A stretch of DNA of 53,307 nt, filler included, from Sphacelaria rigidula (GCA_964200075.2; 4 parts of 4 records of this genome joined end to end with filler, not necessarily neighbours in it), one strand, 5' to 3'. Shown: positions 1 through 13,252, counted from the first letter of the whole stretch. A program made the numbers and translations. The notes: generated from the letters alone by a model not told the origin.

Positions 1-3000
1 GTCATTCGTTGTTTGCCTCAGTCATTTGATCATTGACCACGCATCCCTTGCGAGACGGAGCACGGTTCCTACTCGTGATAGAGACATCTCTAACATTCGA
101 GAGCTCATTACGTTTCGTCCATACCAAACACAAAACATTTTACACATCTTCTCTCCTTCCTGTTTCGCCGTCCGTGGCCATCTGTCTCCTGGAATAGCGA
201 TCGTTTTTTCGCTCCTGTCTCAATGCATCAAACGATTGCATGCCACCTTCCATTTCTTCCCACATGTATCCCTCTGGCACGTGCCGTTCCTCCTTCTGTA
301 CTTCACTTTCTACCACCATGTAACTTCTACACCTAATCGCTTTGACATATGGGCAATTCCGTGCATCCACTCCCTCCTGCACCCGCCTACTGGATGCTTT
401 TTTCTTCTTTCTGGCAAGTCCAGGTCCCCCACCCGGAATCGCAGTTTCAACTCTTCCGCATTGTCCACTGGTCCATACAGGTATCCTTCCATCCCTGTCC
501 CCTCTCTCAACCCTGCGTATATCTCCAGGCGCTCTTCCTCGTTCACCTTCTTTCTCGGCGCTTGTTTACCCCTTATTTCCAGCATGTCGCTTACTATTGT
601 CTTCTACCCCTCACATTGACCCATGGACATTATTTCGTCTTGGTTTCCTCCTGTACCCTTCCATATTTCCTCGATTACACTACCCTACCTTGTTCCAGTT
701 TTCCATTTTGTTACTTTCTACCATACGGCCCTATCAACTAGGGCTGGCAATCTAATCTTCGCATGTTCCTTGCGCTATATTGTCATCTCAGTTTTCTCAT
801 GTGCCTGTTTGTTTATAGTGGGTACATCCCCGATTATGTTCTCAATGCTGTATTACTCATTGTTGAACACCCAAGCATTTTCTTAGCTGCTGTCACCTGT
901 ACTGTTTTCAGCTGCTTCAACTTCGCGTTCCCTTCCCAAACGTCTCCTGCATATTCTAGCTTCAGTGCAATCACAATCATCAGAATACACTCTTAGCCCT
1001 AGTGTCGAGTTGCGAGTCTCTTAGTACCATACCCATCTCGCTTATCTGTGCCTTACCCTTTCCTGTTACTTCATCAATGTGTGCATCCCAAGAACAGTTG
1101 ATATATATATACAGTATATATATATATATATGTGTGTATCTACGCCAAGGAATGTATACTGGTTTACGATCGGCATTTCCTCTTCTCCCCACTTCCGTGT
1201 GAACTCTACCGGGTTATCTTTGCTTTCGCCGCACACAACTACCGCGCATTTGTTAACGCACGCTGTCACTCTTCATTGCCTAGTGTATTTTAGCGCCACC
1301 TCTCTATTTGTCTCTGCAATTCTTCTCGTGTTCCTGATATCTCCACGGATTCATCCGCGAACATCAATCTCGACACCTCATCTTCCCCCACCCTGACTCC
1401 TTGCTGTGCTGCTTCTATTTCTACCGCCATGCCATCAATAAATACCTCGAATAAAGTGGGTGATGACGTACAACCTTATGCAACTCCTTGTAATATGTCA
1501 AGATATTTCTCCATCTAGTATCACAGCATTTCTCGTGTAATCTGTCATATTTTTCACCATTCTCAACATCTTTCCCCTGATCCTAGTTCCCCACATATTT
1601 TCCCACAGCCCATTTCTCCATGCTTTGGCATGGGCCTTCTGTATGTCTAGAGCGAAGCAGCAAGTTGTTATCCCCGCGTCTTTTTCACTTCAAATACTCT
1701 TACCTAATGTGTACACGTGGTCTACGCAGCTACGGTTTGGTTTAAACCCTGCTTACCCCCTCAACGATTTTCCCTTCCTGCTCCAGCATTGGTCCCACTC
1801 TATCGTTCGGAACCTAAAGTAATATTTTCCCTACGGTGAGCACTAATGATATCCCTCCATAATTCTCTGGGCCGGCCTAGTCTCTGTTGTTAAAAAGGAA
1901 TACTACTCCTGCTCTCCCCCTATTCGGTGGGTACCCGTTGTCCCAGATTCAATTATACACCCTAACCATCACGGCAATCATCCCCTCTCCCCCGTACTCC
2001 ATAAATGCATTCACTATTCCGCCTGCCACTGCTGCCTTTCTGCTCTTGAGTTTGGCTACACACTCCTTTACTTCCTCTCTTGTGACTTCTCTCTGCATTT
2101 TGTTTTAGTCATTACGTTTCCATTTTGATGCCTGTACATTTATCCCTGCCCGCACGTTAGTGTATTTTTCTAATTCCGCGTCAAATCTCCTGTTAGTTTT
2201 TGCCGTTCCTAGTTTTCGGTAGTGCTCTGCTAGTACTTACTTCTCTCTTACCCTCCGAACTTCTAACTCTTTCACCGTTCTGGGCTCCTAGAGTGGTCAT
2301 TCCTTGTCTGCCTCTCCTGCCTGTTCGCCCACTATCCCTCTATTCCTACCCACATTTACTCCATCCTGCCGTCAAAATTTTCCTTTGTTTTATTAACTAC
2401 ATATTTTTATGTCCCTTTTTTTCTTCTTCGCCATCCTTTCTACCTTCTTTTTACCTTGAGCATACTCCTTCCCCCCTACCGTGGTTTCACTCGATATGCA
2501 TCTTGCGCGAGCCCATCTCGTTACTCTTGTAATCTCCTTCACTTCATCATTTCACCATTTCACGGCTCTATTGCATACGATCAGTTTCTTCCCTGTGGCC
2601 CTACTTGCTGTGGTCTTGATCAATTGCTCTCGTCCTCCTATGATCTTCACTCCCCTGCCCCACCCCCTTCTATTTCTGTATTGGTGGTACCCCCACTTTC
2701 CAAGAGGTCGGAAAGTTGACTGCATTTTTGGCCATCTCTTCGTTAAACTCTAGCTGTTTCTCTTTTATTCCTAGTTCATCTATTGTCGATTTGTAAGTAA
2801 TAATGTAAGCATCTCCGTTACAAAGTAAAAATACTAAAATTGGTATAAACATAGCCGGTAATGGCGAACTTCAAATAAACTGGATAAACTGGAGTCCTCG
2901 TCACCAGTTCCAATTAAACTCCAGTTCCAGTTTAATCGTCAGTACAAACTGGTCCAGTTCACAGCCCTATGCATTTCCGTTCCCTTATCACTTCCATATT

Positions 3001-4320
3001 TTACTACTAGTCCATTGCGGATCAGGATTTTTTTCTCTGTTGTTCAACGTCTCCATCTCGTCATTCTCAAGGAACTTCACCATATCTACCCCATTTGTAA
3101 TATATTCCGTTTCCCTGTATTGCCCCGATATCATCACTCGCTTGGCTCGCTTTCCCAACTCTTGCATTCAAATCTTCCACTGGCATCGCTTCTTTTTGCC
3201 TTACAAACTTCTGTACATCTGCTGCTACCTCTCCGAAATTCCTCCGCATATCGTCTACCGGACTCTTTGACCCTCGGGGCATGTAGACGCTCCTTAAGAA
3301 AACATCTTCCGTTCCTCGCTCTCCTGGTACCCTTATCCACATGCTCTCGTTGAGGTGTGCGTCTACGATCACTTCTATTGATGTCAAAAAGGTATTTCGT
3401 GACTAGGAATCCTACTCCCCCCGCTGCGCTCTTCCTGCGTTTCTGCCCATTCCCCTCTTTTCCCATCCATGCACTAGTTTTGTTTTTTCTTGGGTACGTT
3501 CGGCTGGATCCCTCAGAGGTCAGTTAAAGTGCGACAACCAACCAATCAGCCAATCAATGAATGAAAAATGTAGTATTCAACTTTGCATCCTATTTCCGCC
3601 CCATCTTTGTTCCATGAATTCCTACCACGTTTAGGCCATACTCCATCACTAGTTCGGCTCTCTTTGTCTCGTTTGAGCTCTTGCGTGGCAAATCCACACA
3701 CGTTTCACCATCCTATTCTCAGCTTGTTTCTCGAAACACTATCCACTCTTCTCTTGTCTATTGTGCTATCTCCGTCGTTTTTACTGCTATTCTCCCCTGC
3801 TCGCCGTTTCTTTCCGTTCCCGGTTTGGTCCTCGTCTGCTTGCTTTGGGTCGATGTTTCCCCTTCCCTTGCCCTTCCGGGCATTCACTTGTTCCTGCTTT
3901 CCCTCACCTCCGTTCCCTAAGGGCTACGTCTCAGGTTTGCTATTCCATTGATTATACAAAGTACGTACTCTCCATCTTACCCTTCTAACCCGTGCTGGCA
4001 CTTTACTGGTTCCTATACTCTCCCGCTCCTTGCTCGCTCTCTGTTTTAGCGTGACAAGTACGTGTTCTCCCTCCCTTTCCAAGTTTTCTATTGCCAAAGC
4101 ATATAGTCCTACGCCATCGTATTTCCTATTCAACTCTGTTCTCGTCACATCGCAAGGGACTCCAAATACCAGCACTACTATTACACTCCACTCTATATTG
4201 CTAGTTTTACCCTTCCTTACCGACTCTCCCTTTCGATCATTTTCCGGCGATAGGGGGACAGGGGAAGCTGCTCTCATAGTCGGTCGACGCGTATCTATGC
4301 AAAAGTGCGGCGACCGCATG
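1..4320 (-). mobile_element. Decayed non-LTR retrotransposon (LINE; APE endonuclease + reverse transcriptase), many stops and frameshifts
   Basis: Minus-strand motifs occur in canonical order. APE N-terminus 'NKLRIGW*NVCGF...ELVMEYGLNVVGI' (~3730-3620), 'GGVGFLV' (~3410), 'MWIRVPGERGTEDVFLRSVYMP...DLNARVG' (3340-3150). RT motifs 'AGFKPNRSCVDHVYTLG' (~1750-1700), 'FALDIQKAH..WRNGLW' (~1660-1600), 'QGVA*GCTSSPTLF' (~1490-1450), 'LMFADE' (~1365-1350), 'QYTFLGV' (~1160). C-terminal 'LKLRFRVGDLDLPERR' and a Cys/His knuckle-like remnant (450-300). ORF1 remnant at ~3930-4320 is less certain. Confidence 0.9.
3474..3572 (+). mobile_element. 3' end of a second retroposon with (CAAT)n-type tail, inserted into the LINE endonuclease domain
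   Basis: 'ggctggatccctcagaggtcagttaaagtgcgacaaccaaccaatcagccaatcaatg' splits the APE reading 'GCKVEY|AWMGK'. It is homologous to 5630-5725 and to the reverse complement of 27955-27992. Confidence 0.7.
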
Positions 4321-5559
4321 CTCATATTCGTAGAGCTTTTACCAGAAACAATGTCCACCTGGAGAGACACGGGCCGACTACAAGAGAAGAAAGGTAGCAG
4401 GCAAACCCCGCCCTCCTTGTGATGGTCCGAGTAAAAACAAGTCGCTGGTGGGAACACGGACGAAGCGATGTAATTATGACCACCCCTCCCTCCCACACCC
4501 CCCTCAATCGTCACGACAATGGCTCTCTCTACCTGCCTCTGTCTCAGATACGTCGAAGCACAGTACAGTAGCTCACATGAGTATCCTCGGGTCATACTCC
4601 AGCACGCTGTTGGACAAGTAAAACCGCCCAAAGTAAGCCACCGCGGTAGCCTGGTTAGTGTGCCCTCCCGCCCGAAAAAAAGGCATGCGTGCGCGTATCA
4701 TTTTGTTTTGTTTTGCCGTTTCAAAGCAAGAAGGAGCGGCGAAACGTCGGGGCGAAACGCACAGAATGGAACGTTGTTACATCACCGTCGTCGATCGGAC
4801 AACATGAACAATCTCGAACGTTGCTCACACCGCTAGAACGGCCGAAGTGGTCGACGCCTTCGGCATATCTGCTGTTAGTGTATCTGCTCAGCCCGAAACT
4901 TGGGCCTGAAGCTCAGCCTAAGCCCGAGCCGGCATCTCAGGTTCACCCCGTTGATCTCAAGAACTTCTTGTCAAGGGGATGACAGGCGACCAAGAACTCC
5001 TGCCTCGTTGCGCGGTTGAACAGCGTAAGCTGCCGCTGATCGTTAGCGAGCCCCGGGGGTATCGGACTATAGTATGCACACCAACCGTTACAAAACATGA
5101 CAATGATTATGTCACTGACACCGTGTCCATGTTACTCGGCCGTTGTCCCAAGAGGCAAAAATTCAACAACGAAGACACGTCAAAATGTGTAGAACCGCCG
5201 TCCGGACACTTAAAAAACAACAACAAAAGAACGACATACAATCTCTCGCCACACGCACAGACAACGACCACAATCGTTTTTTCACCATGAATTGGTCACC
5301 TGAACCTTGTCGGATCTACGCAAGTCTCCGTGAGCAGAGTGCCTTCCGCAGGTCTCCTGGATTTTTTTGGCGTAGTAGCTCTTCATCAACCCCTCCTCCT
5401 CTACCTGCAGGGTACGGTGGGGTACGTTTGTTGTTGTTGTTTTTAAGAGGGAAAATATACATTTTATCTGCTCCTTTTTTCTTTTTCTAGGTCGGCCATC
5501 TCTTTGCTGTGGTTTGCTCTTGTTGGTTTTTCTTCCTCTTTTTCCTCTTTTCACGTCTT

Positions 5560-5725
5560 CGTCTACCATGTCGTTTTGTTCGACTTTTTTCCGCTCTTTC
5601 GTTTTCTTGAACGAGTATTTCAGTTTTGGTTTTTTTGGGTACGTACGTCTATCATGCGACCACGGCTGGACCCATGAGTGGTCAGTTAAAGTGCGTCAAT
5701 CAACCAATCAACCAATCGAATCAAT
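5560..5725 (+). mobile_element. Retroposon 3' end with (CAAT/CAAC)n tail
   Basis: 'gaccacggctggacccatgagtggtcagttaaagtgcgtcaatcaaccaatcaaccaatc'; same family as 3474-3572. Confidence 0.65.
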
Positions 5726-7440
5726 CGGATGCCCGCGCTCAACACACACGCGCACACACCACATACACCGCAGTACAGAAGGATGGTGAAACAAACTCAA
5801 CAAACGCGGCGAAAAAGCGTACGAGACAGGAGGAATGAACACACCTACCTCAGAGGCGTACAACGACGATCCTACGCAAAGCATACAGACCACATGTTAC
5901 TACACCTACAAACTGTGGATGAGATTCGGTCGGTCGGTCTCGAAACGCAACCTACATGCTTCTCTTGAAAAAAGCAAACGCTTGACGCCGAAATCCGGTA
6001 CATTGATGGCAGTACACCTGGGGTCCTGGTCAGGAAGCTCACATCTGGCCTCATACGAGAAACAGAAAATAGACAATTAGACATGTGTTTGCGCACACTC
6101 TCCATGGGTACGTCACTAAGGGGTCCCGCGTCACGCAAGCTCGGCAGGCTGAAGGCGACGACCACAGGCCAAGGACACGATGACATCTGTAAGACACGGG
6201 GTTTGAAAGATTTGAACGACAAGCCAAAAAAATGATGAAAACTCAAAAAGTTAGTTTGTTTTGGCTTGTAGTAAAGGCTTGCACGAATCAAACGGTGCGC
6301 TTTCTTGTGACAATATATGTATATCTAAATACATTTCAAACATCGAAAAATATAAGCAGCCGATCTGTGAACAAAAACCCCTCCATGCCGTGGAAAAAAG
6401 CAAAACCTCACTTTTGCTGATCTGTCTGCGTCGGTATCTACGAGCAAGAGAGGCCGCTCACCGTGAGCAAGGGTTCCACGCCTGCCGGGCGCTTCTTTGC
6501 CGGCTTTCCTTCATTCCTTCCGTTCAGGGGCGCTTCAACACCCCCACCTTGTAAGCAAAAACGATTCAAACAAATACGCAATATGGGTGTCCTTTTCGAA
6601 ACATGGGAAAACAAAGGCGAAAAACAAAAGGAGTGTTTTCACTGCATCTGCCGTGTTCTCCATTTTATTTTGTCGTACTTTCAACCTCTTCCCTTCCTCG
6701 GGATGAGTCTGTCGTCTCAAGGGATCAACCCATCTTTCCCCGGTACTCGTCCTCCCCCCGTCGCGGCGGCGGGTGCAGGGTGAGGCGGGGATCGAGGTCG
6801 ATTGTCGTTAACAGGCGATGATGAATGTGGTGATCACACACCGTCTTGTCCCGCCCGCTGCCCCCCACGGGGTAAAATCCGTCGCCTATCTTTCTTCTTC
6901 CCTGTCTTTCTCTCCATCTCGAACATCTCGTTCGACTTGGAGAGAGGTGGGGGCGGGGGAGGCTGAACGGCCACGTTGGCATCCCCCTATGCGGTTGGCG
7001 TCGGTTAGCAACGACGCCGTAAAGCACGCCACTCACTGAGTAAGCTAGGCAACCAGGTTACCGATTCGTTTTGCGCGCTTGCGTTTTTTTTTTTTTGCGG
7101 TGACCATGATGGTAGTCGAGCTAGATCATGCTGTGCGGCGTGAGAGAACCTTAACTCCGTACAAGGGGATAATCGTACTACGTAGTACTTACATGGTGAG
7201 ACACCCATGAGGCAGTGTATAAGCCGCGGCTGCCTCTGGAAGTGGCGATACCAGAAAATACAGCAAGTTATTGTCGGCTGTCATCCACATGCAAGATAAT
7301 CAGTACGCTTCGGGCCGTACAACCTTGGCAGGATGCAGATCACCGGTCATGCGACTCGCCGAACACACCACGNNNNNNNNNNTCACGGGTGATGCTCCTC
7401 GCTGAAGACACCACGGCGGTTCGCGCTTGGTGATTGAGTG

Positions 7441-7545
7441 CGAGCCTGGTCCAGCAAAAACCCGGCGTGCTCCGTCTCAGCTTGTAGGGATGCGAGGCCA
7501 AAGGTCTCATGACTACGGCATGCACGATCATGATTACACCCCCAC
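7441..7545 (+). repeat. Short LINE-3'-like repeat (G/C-tract family), opposite orientation to the copies at 47290, 48699 and 53262
   Basis: Reverse complement reads 'gggggtgtaatcatgatcgtgcatgccgtagtcatgagacctttggcctcgcatccctacaagctgagacggagcacgccgggtttttgctggaccaggctcg', matching 48699-48797. Confidence 0.8.
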
Positions 7546-7659
7546 CGGTACACGCCTTGTATTTTGGTCTCGCAGATTAGGTCAGCACTCCCGCACTGCG
7601 TCTACTATTCGTTTAACGCTCATGACGATGGGAATCAGATAACTCGAGTAAAAAGACAA

Positions 7660-7738
7660 CGCATCGGGATTCGAACCCTCGTTCTCTCCCCCCTAACGGT
7701 GACAGTCAGACCATTTTAATTTACACCACCGGGCGCGG
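7660..7738 (-). mobile_element. Solo tRNA-derived SINE head (Pol III A/B boxes), same family as the foldback arms
   Basis: Reverse complement 'cccggtggtgtaa...atggtctgactgtcaccgttagggggagagaacgagggttcgaatcccg'; B box GGTTCGAATCC. Confidence 0.7.
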
Positions 7739-9078
7739 CGGCTATCCATGTTGTCCCTGTGTCCAAATACACAACACGTTTGCCACTGGGACTATTGTAA
7801 ACACGGTGAAGAAAAAAAAAAAAAAAGCGACATCTCCACAAGAAGACGCCAACTTTGACAAACCGCAATCCAACGCATTCAACGGGATTTTTCTACGATG
7901 AGGAAGGTTGTCCGTTGGCCGAAAATGACTGCTGTGACAGTACAGCAGTAGCAGAGGCAGCAGCGGCAGCCAATCGGGGCGCATGTTTCCGCCCCCCGCG
8001 CGCAATCTGTTTTGAGCGAGAGTGCAACACTCTGAACGCAGTCAGCCGTCCGGATTGGCGGCCACCGTCGCCTTGAACCCGCTGTGACCTCCTCCCGCTA
8101 AGACAGCACAATTAAAACACGCCCGCACGAGCTTCAGGTTCGAGTTTAGAGGCGTACCTTCGACAGATAGCTTTCCCTTCGGCTCTTGTTTCGCATTGCT
8201 CGGAGGGGTGGCAGCGTTTGACCTTGTCACGGCGAAGCTCCGAGAGGCCTGCGAGTAAAGCACCGAAAAAACATACGATCGCGTCCAGTAGCTAGCCATG
8301 GCATCACGCTGTTTACGTGAATCCATGCAATCACCACTAAAAAATTATTCACCTTTTCGGATGGTCATGTATGCTTTACGGTCGTGCACTCGAAGTCCAC
8401 GACACAGACGGCGGCGACTTTGTCACAACGCAAGGAATAGAGGCGAAATATCAAGAAACTCTTGATAGATGCATGAACGGATCTACGTTAAAGTGTGAGT
8501 AGTTATTGGTAGTAAGAAAAGGTATACGCTAATGATTTTCTTTCATCTCTTGAGGGTACAGTGGTCAGCGAGTGTTTTTCCGCGGCGCGAAAGAGATAAA
8601 TTGAGTTGATCCGACTTCGATCACTTTCGGACAACATCACGCATTTTCGCATCTTCGCTATTCAGTACTAATTGATTGATGGATAGATAGTTCGACTGTC
8701 GCCCACTCACTGACACGCTAGGAATCCAGCGGTGGTCGCCAGTCAGATGTACTCAAGGTAAACAATTGGAGGGGGGGAAACTCGCCAAAGAAAACTCGAG
8801 AAAGGAGAAATGTGAAGAAGGGGGGTAAAACAGAGTGAACGGTGTAACTACAAAATAAGTCCTAAACATAAGTGGGATACTGCTTAGCGCAGGTGCAAAG
8901 GTTGCAGGCAGTCCACCAGACCTGCCTTGTACCCTTCAACTGGCCAAAAATGGCGAGGTACAATTGTTTGGCCTTGCTTTCCTTGGAAGTCACCTGTTTT
9001 TACCGCAACATGACGACTCTGACTACTTTTATGGATTTTTGTCAGTTCACTCATGTACCTCGTTGAGGGCGAAACAGG

Positions 9079-9252
9079 TATTGATTGATTGATTGATTGA
9101 TTATCTCACATTAGCTGATTGCAACAATCCAGCCCGTGGTCAGGAGCAGCAAAAATAGAACAGGATAATAAAAAATAAATAACAAAAAATAAAAAAGGAA
9201 CAGAAAACGACAGAAGCAACGGCCTCAGAAAGGAAAGAAAGGGGGCAGTGAT

Positions 9253-9292
<40 letters not shown>

Positions 9293-9365
9293 ACAACAAA
9301 AATAATGACAAACATAAACACAAACACAAGCACAAGCATGAACAACAACAACAAAAAAGATGATG
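9079..9365 (-). mobile_element. Retroposon 3' fragment with (AATC)n tail and (GTT)n-rich body
   Basis: 'gattgattgattatctcacattagctgattgcaacaatccagcccgtggtcagg...' recurs at 12738 and 39447. The terminal motif is related to the 5630-5725 family. Confidence 0.8.
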
Positions 9366-9744
9366 CAATGACTTCACTTGCGCTCGTGAAATGCCACTAT
9401 ACCCTAAAGTGGTGAAAAATCACGAGGTGGACCTCTTTCTAGCCATTCTCCATAATATGTCGACACGACGATTAGTCTCGTCTAATGACCACCCAAGTGC
9501 GTCCGTTTGCTGAATCGGCATCATTTTATTGCTGCCAGATTCAGATATACATTTGCATACGAGCTGGGTCAGCCAAGGCTCTGTCGCCACAGCCCACAGG
9601 CCAAGTGCGGCTCAATTTTTCGAATTCCGGGGTGAAATGTTGACAGGAAAGAATCAACACTTAGGCCTACCGTGCCAAAGTTGTCAACGTCATTATTTTT
9701 CCCTAACTTTGAGATTTTGATTTTTTTTCTTTAGCTATTTCTTA

Positions 9745-11519
9745 CACCCTGGACAATAGACGGGATCTATTGCGATAGCAATATAATCTGCTGCAGTAGA
9801 TGCCAATATTGTCGTCCGTAATGGTCATCGATCAGCAAGTTTATTTTTCTACTGCCGTTGGCAATGTCTATCGATAGACCAGTTTCCTACACTCCTGTCT
9901 GGGCAGCAGTCTGCTATGGCCCTACACCGGAATCTATTGCGGCCGACCAAAATCCATCGACCGATAGCTTTCCAAATCTTTTGATGACGGCAATGGCTAT
10001 CGATAGACCGCGTGCCAAATCTATCGATGACGACGATGGCTATTGACAGGTTGTATACCAAATCTATTGATGACGGCAACAGCTATTGATAGAGTGCGTA
10101 TAAATCTATGCATGGCGGGAATGAATATCTATAGATACATAGCAGAATCAACTCTAGTGTATAATGCCTACCGACAGATTTGCTCCGTCGTCTATTGCCA
10201 CACCTACATCGTAACATACTACGTATAGAGCATATCCTACTCCGTCAAGGTAGAGTAGAGAAGCCGTAGGTGGACATGCAGTGGGTGCATAACGATACTA
10301 CTTGTGAATATATGACATCACGTTTCTACAAGTTTGGAACGCTTGTATTTGATAGGAAATTCGCAACATGTGTATGTTGTTGGTGTGGTGTTGGTATTTA
10401 TGGTTGTCCCTCTGATGGACATGAGCGCTCGCAGTACTTTTGTGTGTGGGTGATATGTGCTTATACCCTTGACAAAAGACTGTGTAATAGAGCATTGGCG
10501 CTGCAATAGCCCCGAAAATTCGACTGTTCATGTTCATTGTCTGTCATAATCGACTGGCAGCAAGGTCTATCGATGGCTATTGTAGGCGACAATAGATTCG
10601 GGACAGGGGACATGATGTATCATTGCCGTGATAATGGAGAGCCCCAGTTGTCTTTCGATACATTTTTTTTGTTGCAATAGGCTGTGAGTTGTGGCCACCA
10701 ATGTTTTATGGCCAATCACAATAGGATCTACCACGCTGCCACCAACACATATTGTTGGTCACAATAGGATACCAATTGCGCCCACCAATGTCTACCGCTG
10801 GTTACAATGCAATTCGAATCGCGGCCACCAATATCTATTGCTGACCACAAAGGTAGCTGGATGACGTCGATCACTAGCGCTATATGTTCACATTTTTCGA
10901 TTTATGTTTGCGCCTTATTCCACAGAAGCTATGGCCAGCTATCGCCTTAGGTCGTTGCGTGTTCATGTGTAAGGGGTTGCCGTTGATATCATGAGACCAC
11001 TGCAGTGAGCAATCTATTTTTCAAAACCTATTGTTGGCGTCACTGGCTGTCGATAGGTGCTCCCGAGAAAAATCGATTGTTGACGGCAATGCCCATATTG
11101 GTAGATACCAAAAAATGAATTGTTGGCGGCAGAGGCTACCGATAGACGGCTCACCGAATCTATTGATGGCGGTGATAGGTATAGATGGATAACTCACTTG
11201 ATCTATTGATGACGGCAATGACTATCGATGGATGGCTCACCGAACCTATTGATGACAGCAATGACTATGGGTATGTACAACCCAGAATCTATTGCGGTAC
11301 ACGATGCCCATCGATCGATGGCGAGTGATATTTATCTATTGCAATTGCCAAAGGCTATCGATCGACTATTGCAACATCTATTGTCCCTTGCAATACATAT
11401 CCATAGATGTGTTTCACCATCTATTGTGTTCGATAATATATATATATATATATCGATAGATTTCCCCCCGTGTCTACTGCTGAAGCAATGAACTATTATT
11501 GTGTCCATTGTCCAGAGTG
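9745..11519. mobile_element. Non-autonomous TIR DNA transposon (CAC- termini, EnSpm/CACTA-like) with ~43-bp subrepeat arrays
   Basis: Left end CACCCTGGACAATAGAC; right end reverse complement CACTCTGGACAATGGAC. Internal ~43-bp tandem units at ~9970-10145, ~10690-10850 and ~11070-11330. It interrupts a hairpin module whose intact copy is at 33720-34025. Superfamily is inferred. Confidence 0.65.
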
Positions 11520-11680
11520 TGCCATTTTTAAATCCCTCAAAGTGAGCGAGAGAAAAAAAAAACGACACCTTTGACGGGGCAGGTCTACGTGCGGTTCCTC
11601 TGGTGCCAGAGGTGTCACTCCGAGATTCGGGAAATCGAGTTGCGCATTGACGTTCTAGTGCTTAGACATGTAAAAAGTGT

Positions 11681-12700
11681 CCCGGTGGTGTAATGGTCAG
11701 ACTGTCATCGTCAGGGCGAAGGGAACGTGGGTTCGATTCCCGCCAGGTGCACTTTGTTTTCTTCGTGGTAAGTGATTACCACCGTCGGAAGCGTGAGGGC
11801 GTCAAGAGAGATGGATGGATCCCTTGATCCCATGGACCCGTCCCGTGGAAGGAGAGAGGTATAGATTGTGACAAAAAGCAGATCGGGTGCCGGTAATGTA
11901 CTACTCCAAGTACAGCACTTACCCGAGTGCCCCGGAAGGGAGAAAGTGCCGGCGATTCTGCTTCGGTGTGACGATGAAATATCTTCACGTTAATGCAGCA
12001 TGACGTTACCCACTCGGTCGGTAGTATCCACATGCACGAGTCCCACACTCCCATCAGGTGCGTTGTACCTTCTGTACTACGCGAAGCACTCCCTTGGTTG
12101 CCACGCCTCCTTTCGGAACAATATTATTGCGAGACCTCTCTGGTGCCGAACCCGGCGCAACATAACATGCAAAAAGAAACGCTTCACTGCAGAGGCTAGT
12201 GCGGGCGATTGTTCCACGTACTACGACAGCTTTGATAAGACGATGAGGGTTCCCACGATAATATTATTCCGAAAGGAGGCGTGGCAGCCAAGGGAGTGTA
12301 ACGTGTAGTACAGAAAGTACAACGCTCCTGGTAGGAGTGTGGGACTCGTGCATGCGGATACCACCGACCCAGTGGGAAACCTCACACTGCGCAGACGTCA
12401 ATATATTCCAGCTTCCCATCGAAGCTATCAAACATGACAGAATCGCGGGCACATTCCTCCTGGCGAATATTTGGGCACGTGCTTTACTTAACCTAGTATA
12501 TTATCGGCACACGATATTTTTTCTCAACATCCCAAACCCCTCGCCTTCCTCGGGACGAGTCGTTTTCTCAAGAGATCAACCCATCTCTCCTCACGTTCTC
12601 ACATTTTCGGCGGTGGAAATGCGGCAAGAAGCGAACCCACATTCTCTGCACCCTGATGGTGATAGTCTGACCATTAGACAACGGTTTCGCCCTATACTTG
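11681..12700. mobile_element. Foldback dimer of tRNA-derived SINE-like arms with inward-pointing Pol III heads (copy 1)
   Basis: Inverted arms at ~11681-12129 and ~12256-12690 with a ~130-bp spacer. Left head TGGTGTAATGG...GGTTCGATTCCC; degenerate head on the minus strand at 12630-12690. Confidence 0.85.
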
Positions 12701-12737
12701 ACCAAGTATATTTCCGCCACACGACCTTTCATGTCGT

Positions 12738-12895
12738 ATTGATTGATTGACTGATTATCTGACATTAGCTGATTGCAACAATCCAGCCCGCGGTCAGGAA
12801 CAAGAAAAAAGAAAGAAAGGAACAGAAAAAGACAGAAGCAACGGCCTCACAAAGGAAAGAAAGGGAGCAGCGATAACAACATAAACACCAACACC

Positions 12896-12941
<46 letters not shown>

Positions 12942-13252
12942 CATAACAAGAGCAAGAACAAACAACAACAGCAATAACAACACAATAACGACAAACAAAC
13001 ACATACACAAACACAAACAACACAAGATGATTATCTCACATTACGTAGCTGATTGCAACACTCCAGCTCGTGATCAGAAAAAAAAAAGAAGAGAAAAATG
13101 AAAAAAAAGTAATAAATAAAATGATAGAACCCAAAGAAGGGGTACAATAGACAAGAAGACAGAGCCAGGCTCGTTTCCGGCGGGGGAGGGGGGGGGGGGG
13201 GGAACCAAGAAAAAAAAAAAAGAAAGGAAAAAGGTGGGAAGACCAACGAGGG
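12738..13252 (-). mobile_element. Retroposon with (AATC)n tail, internally duplicated end motif and C-run 5' part
   Basis: Collinear with 39447-39956; 'ctgattgcaaca.tccagc.cg.g.tcag' occurs twice (12769, 13049). Confidence 0.8.

Noticed and set aside
26-3353. Plus-strand ORFs over the first 3.4 kb
   Set aside because: Antisense shadows of the decayed minus-strand LINE.
11681-11750. Functional tRNA gene, possibly with a UCA anticodon
   Set aside because: Poor acceptor and anticodon stems, no U33, variable loop sequence among copies, and always fused to a repeat body; better explained as a SINE head.
9106-13246. Hydrophobic poly-Val/Cys 'membrane protein' ORFs (also 39358-39915)
   Set aside because: They derive from (GTT)n tracts in a dispersed repeat family.
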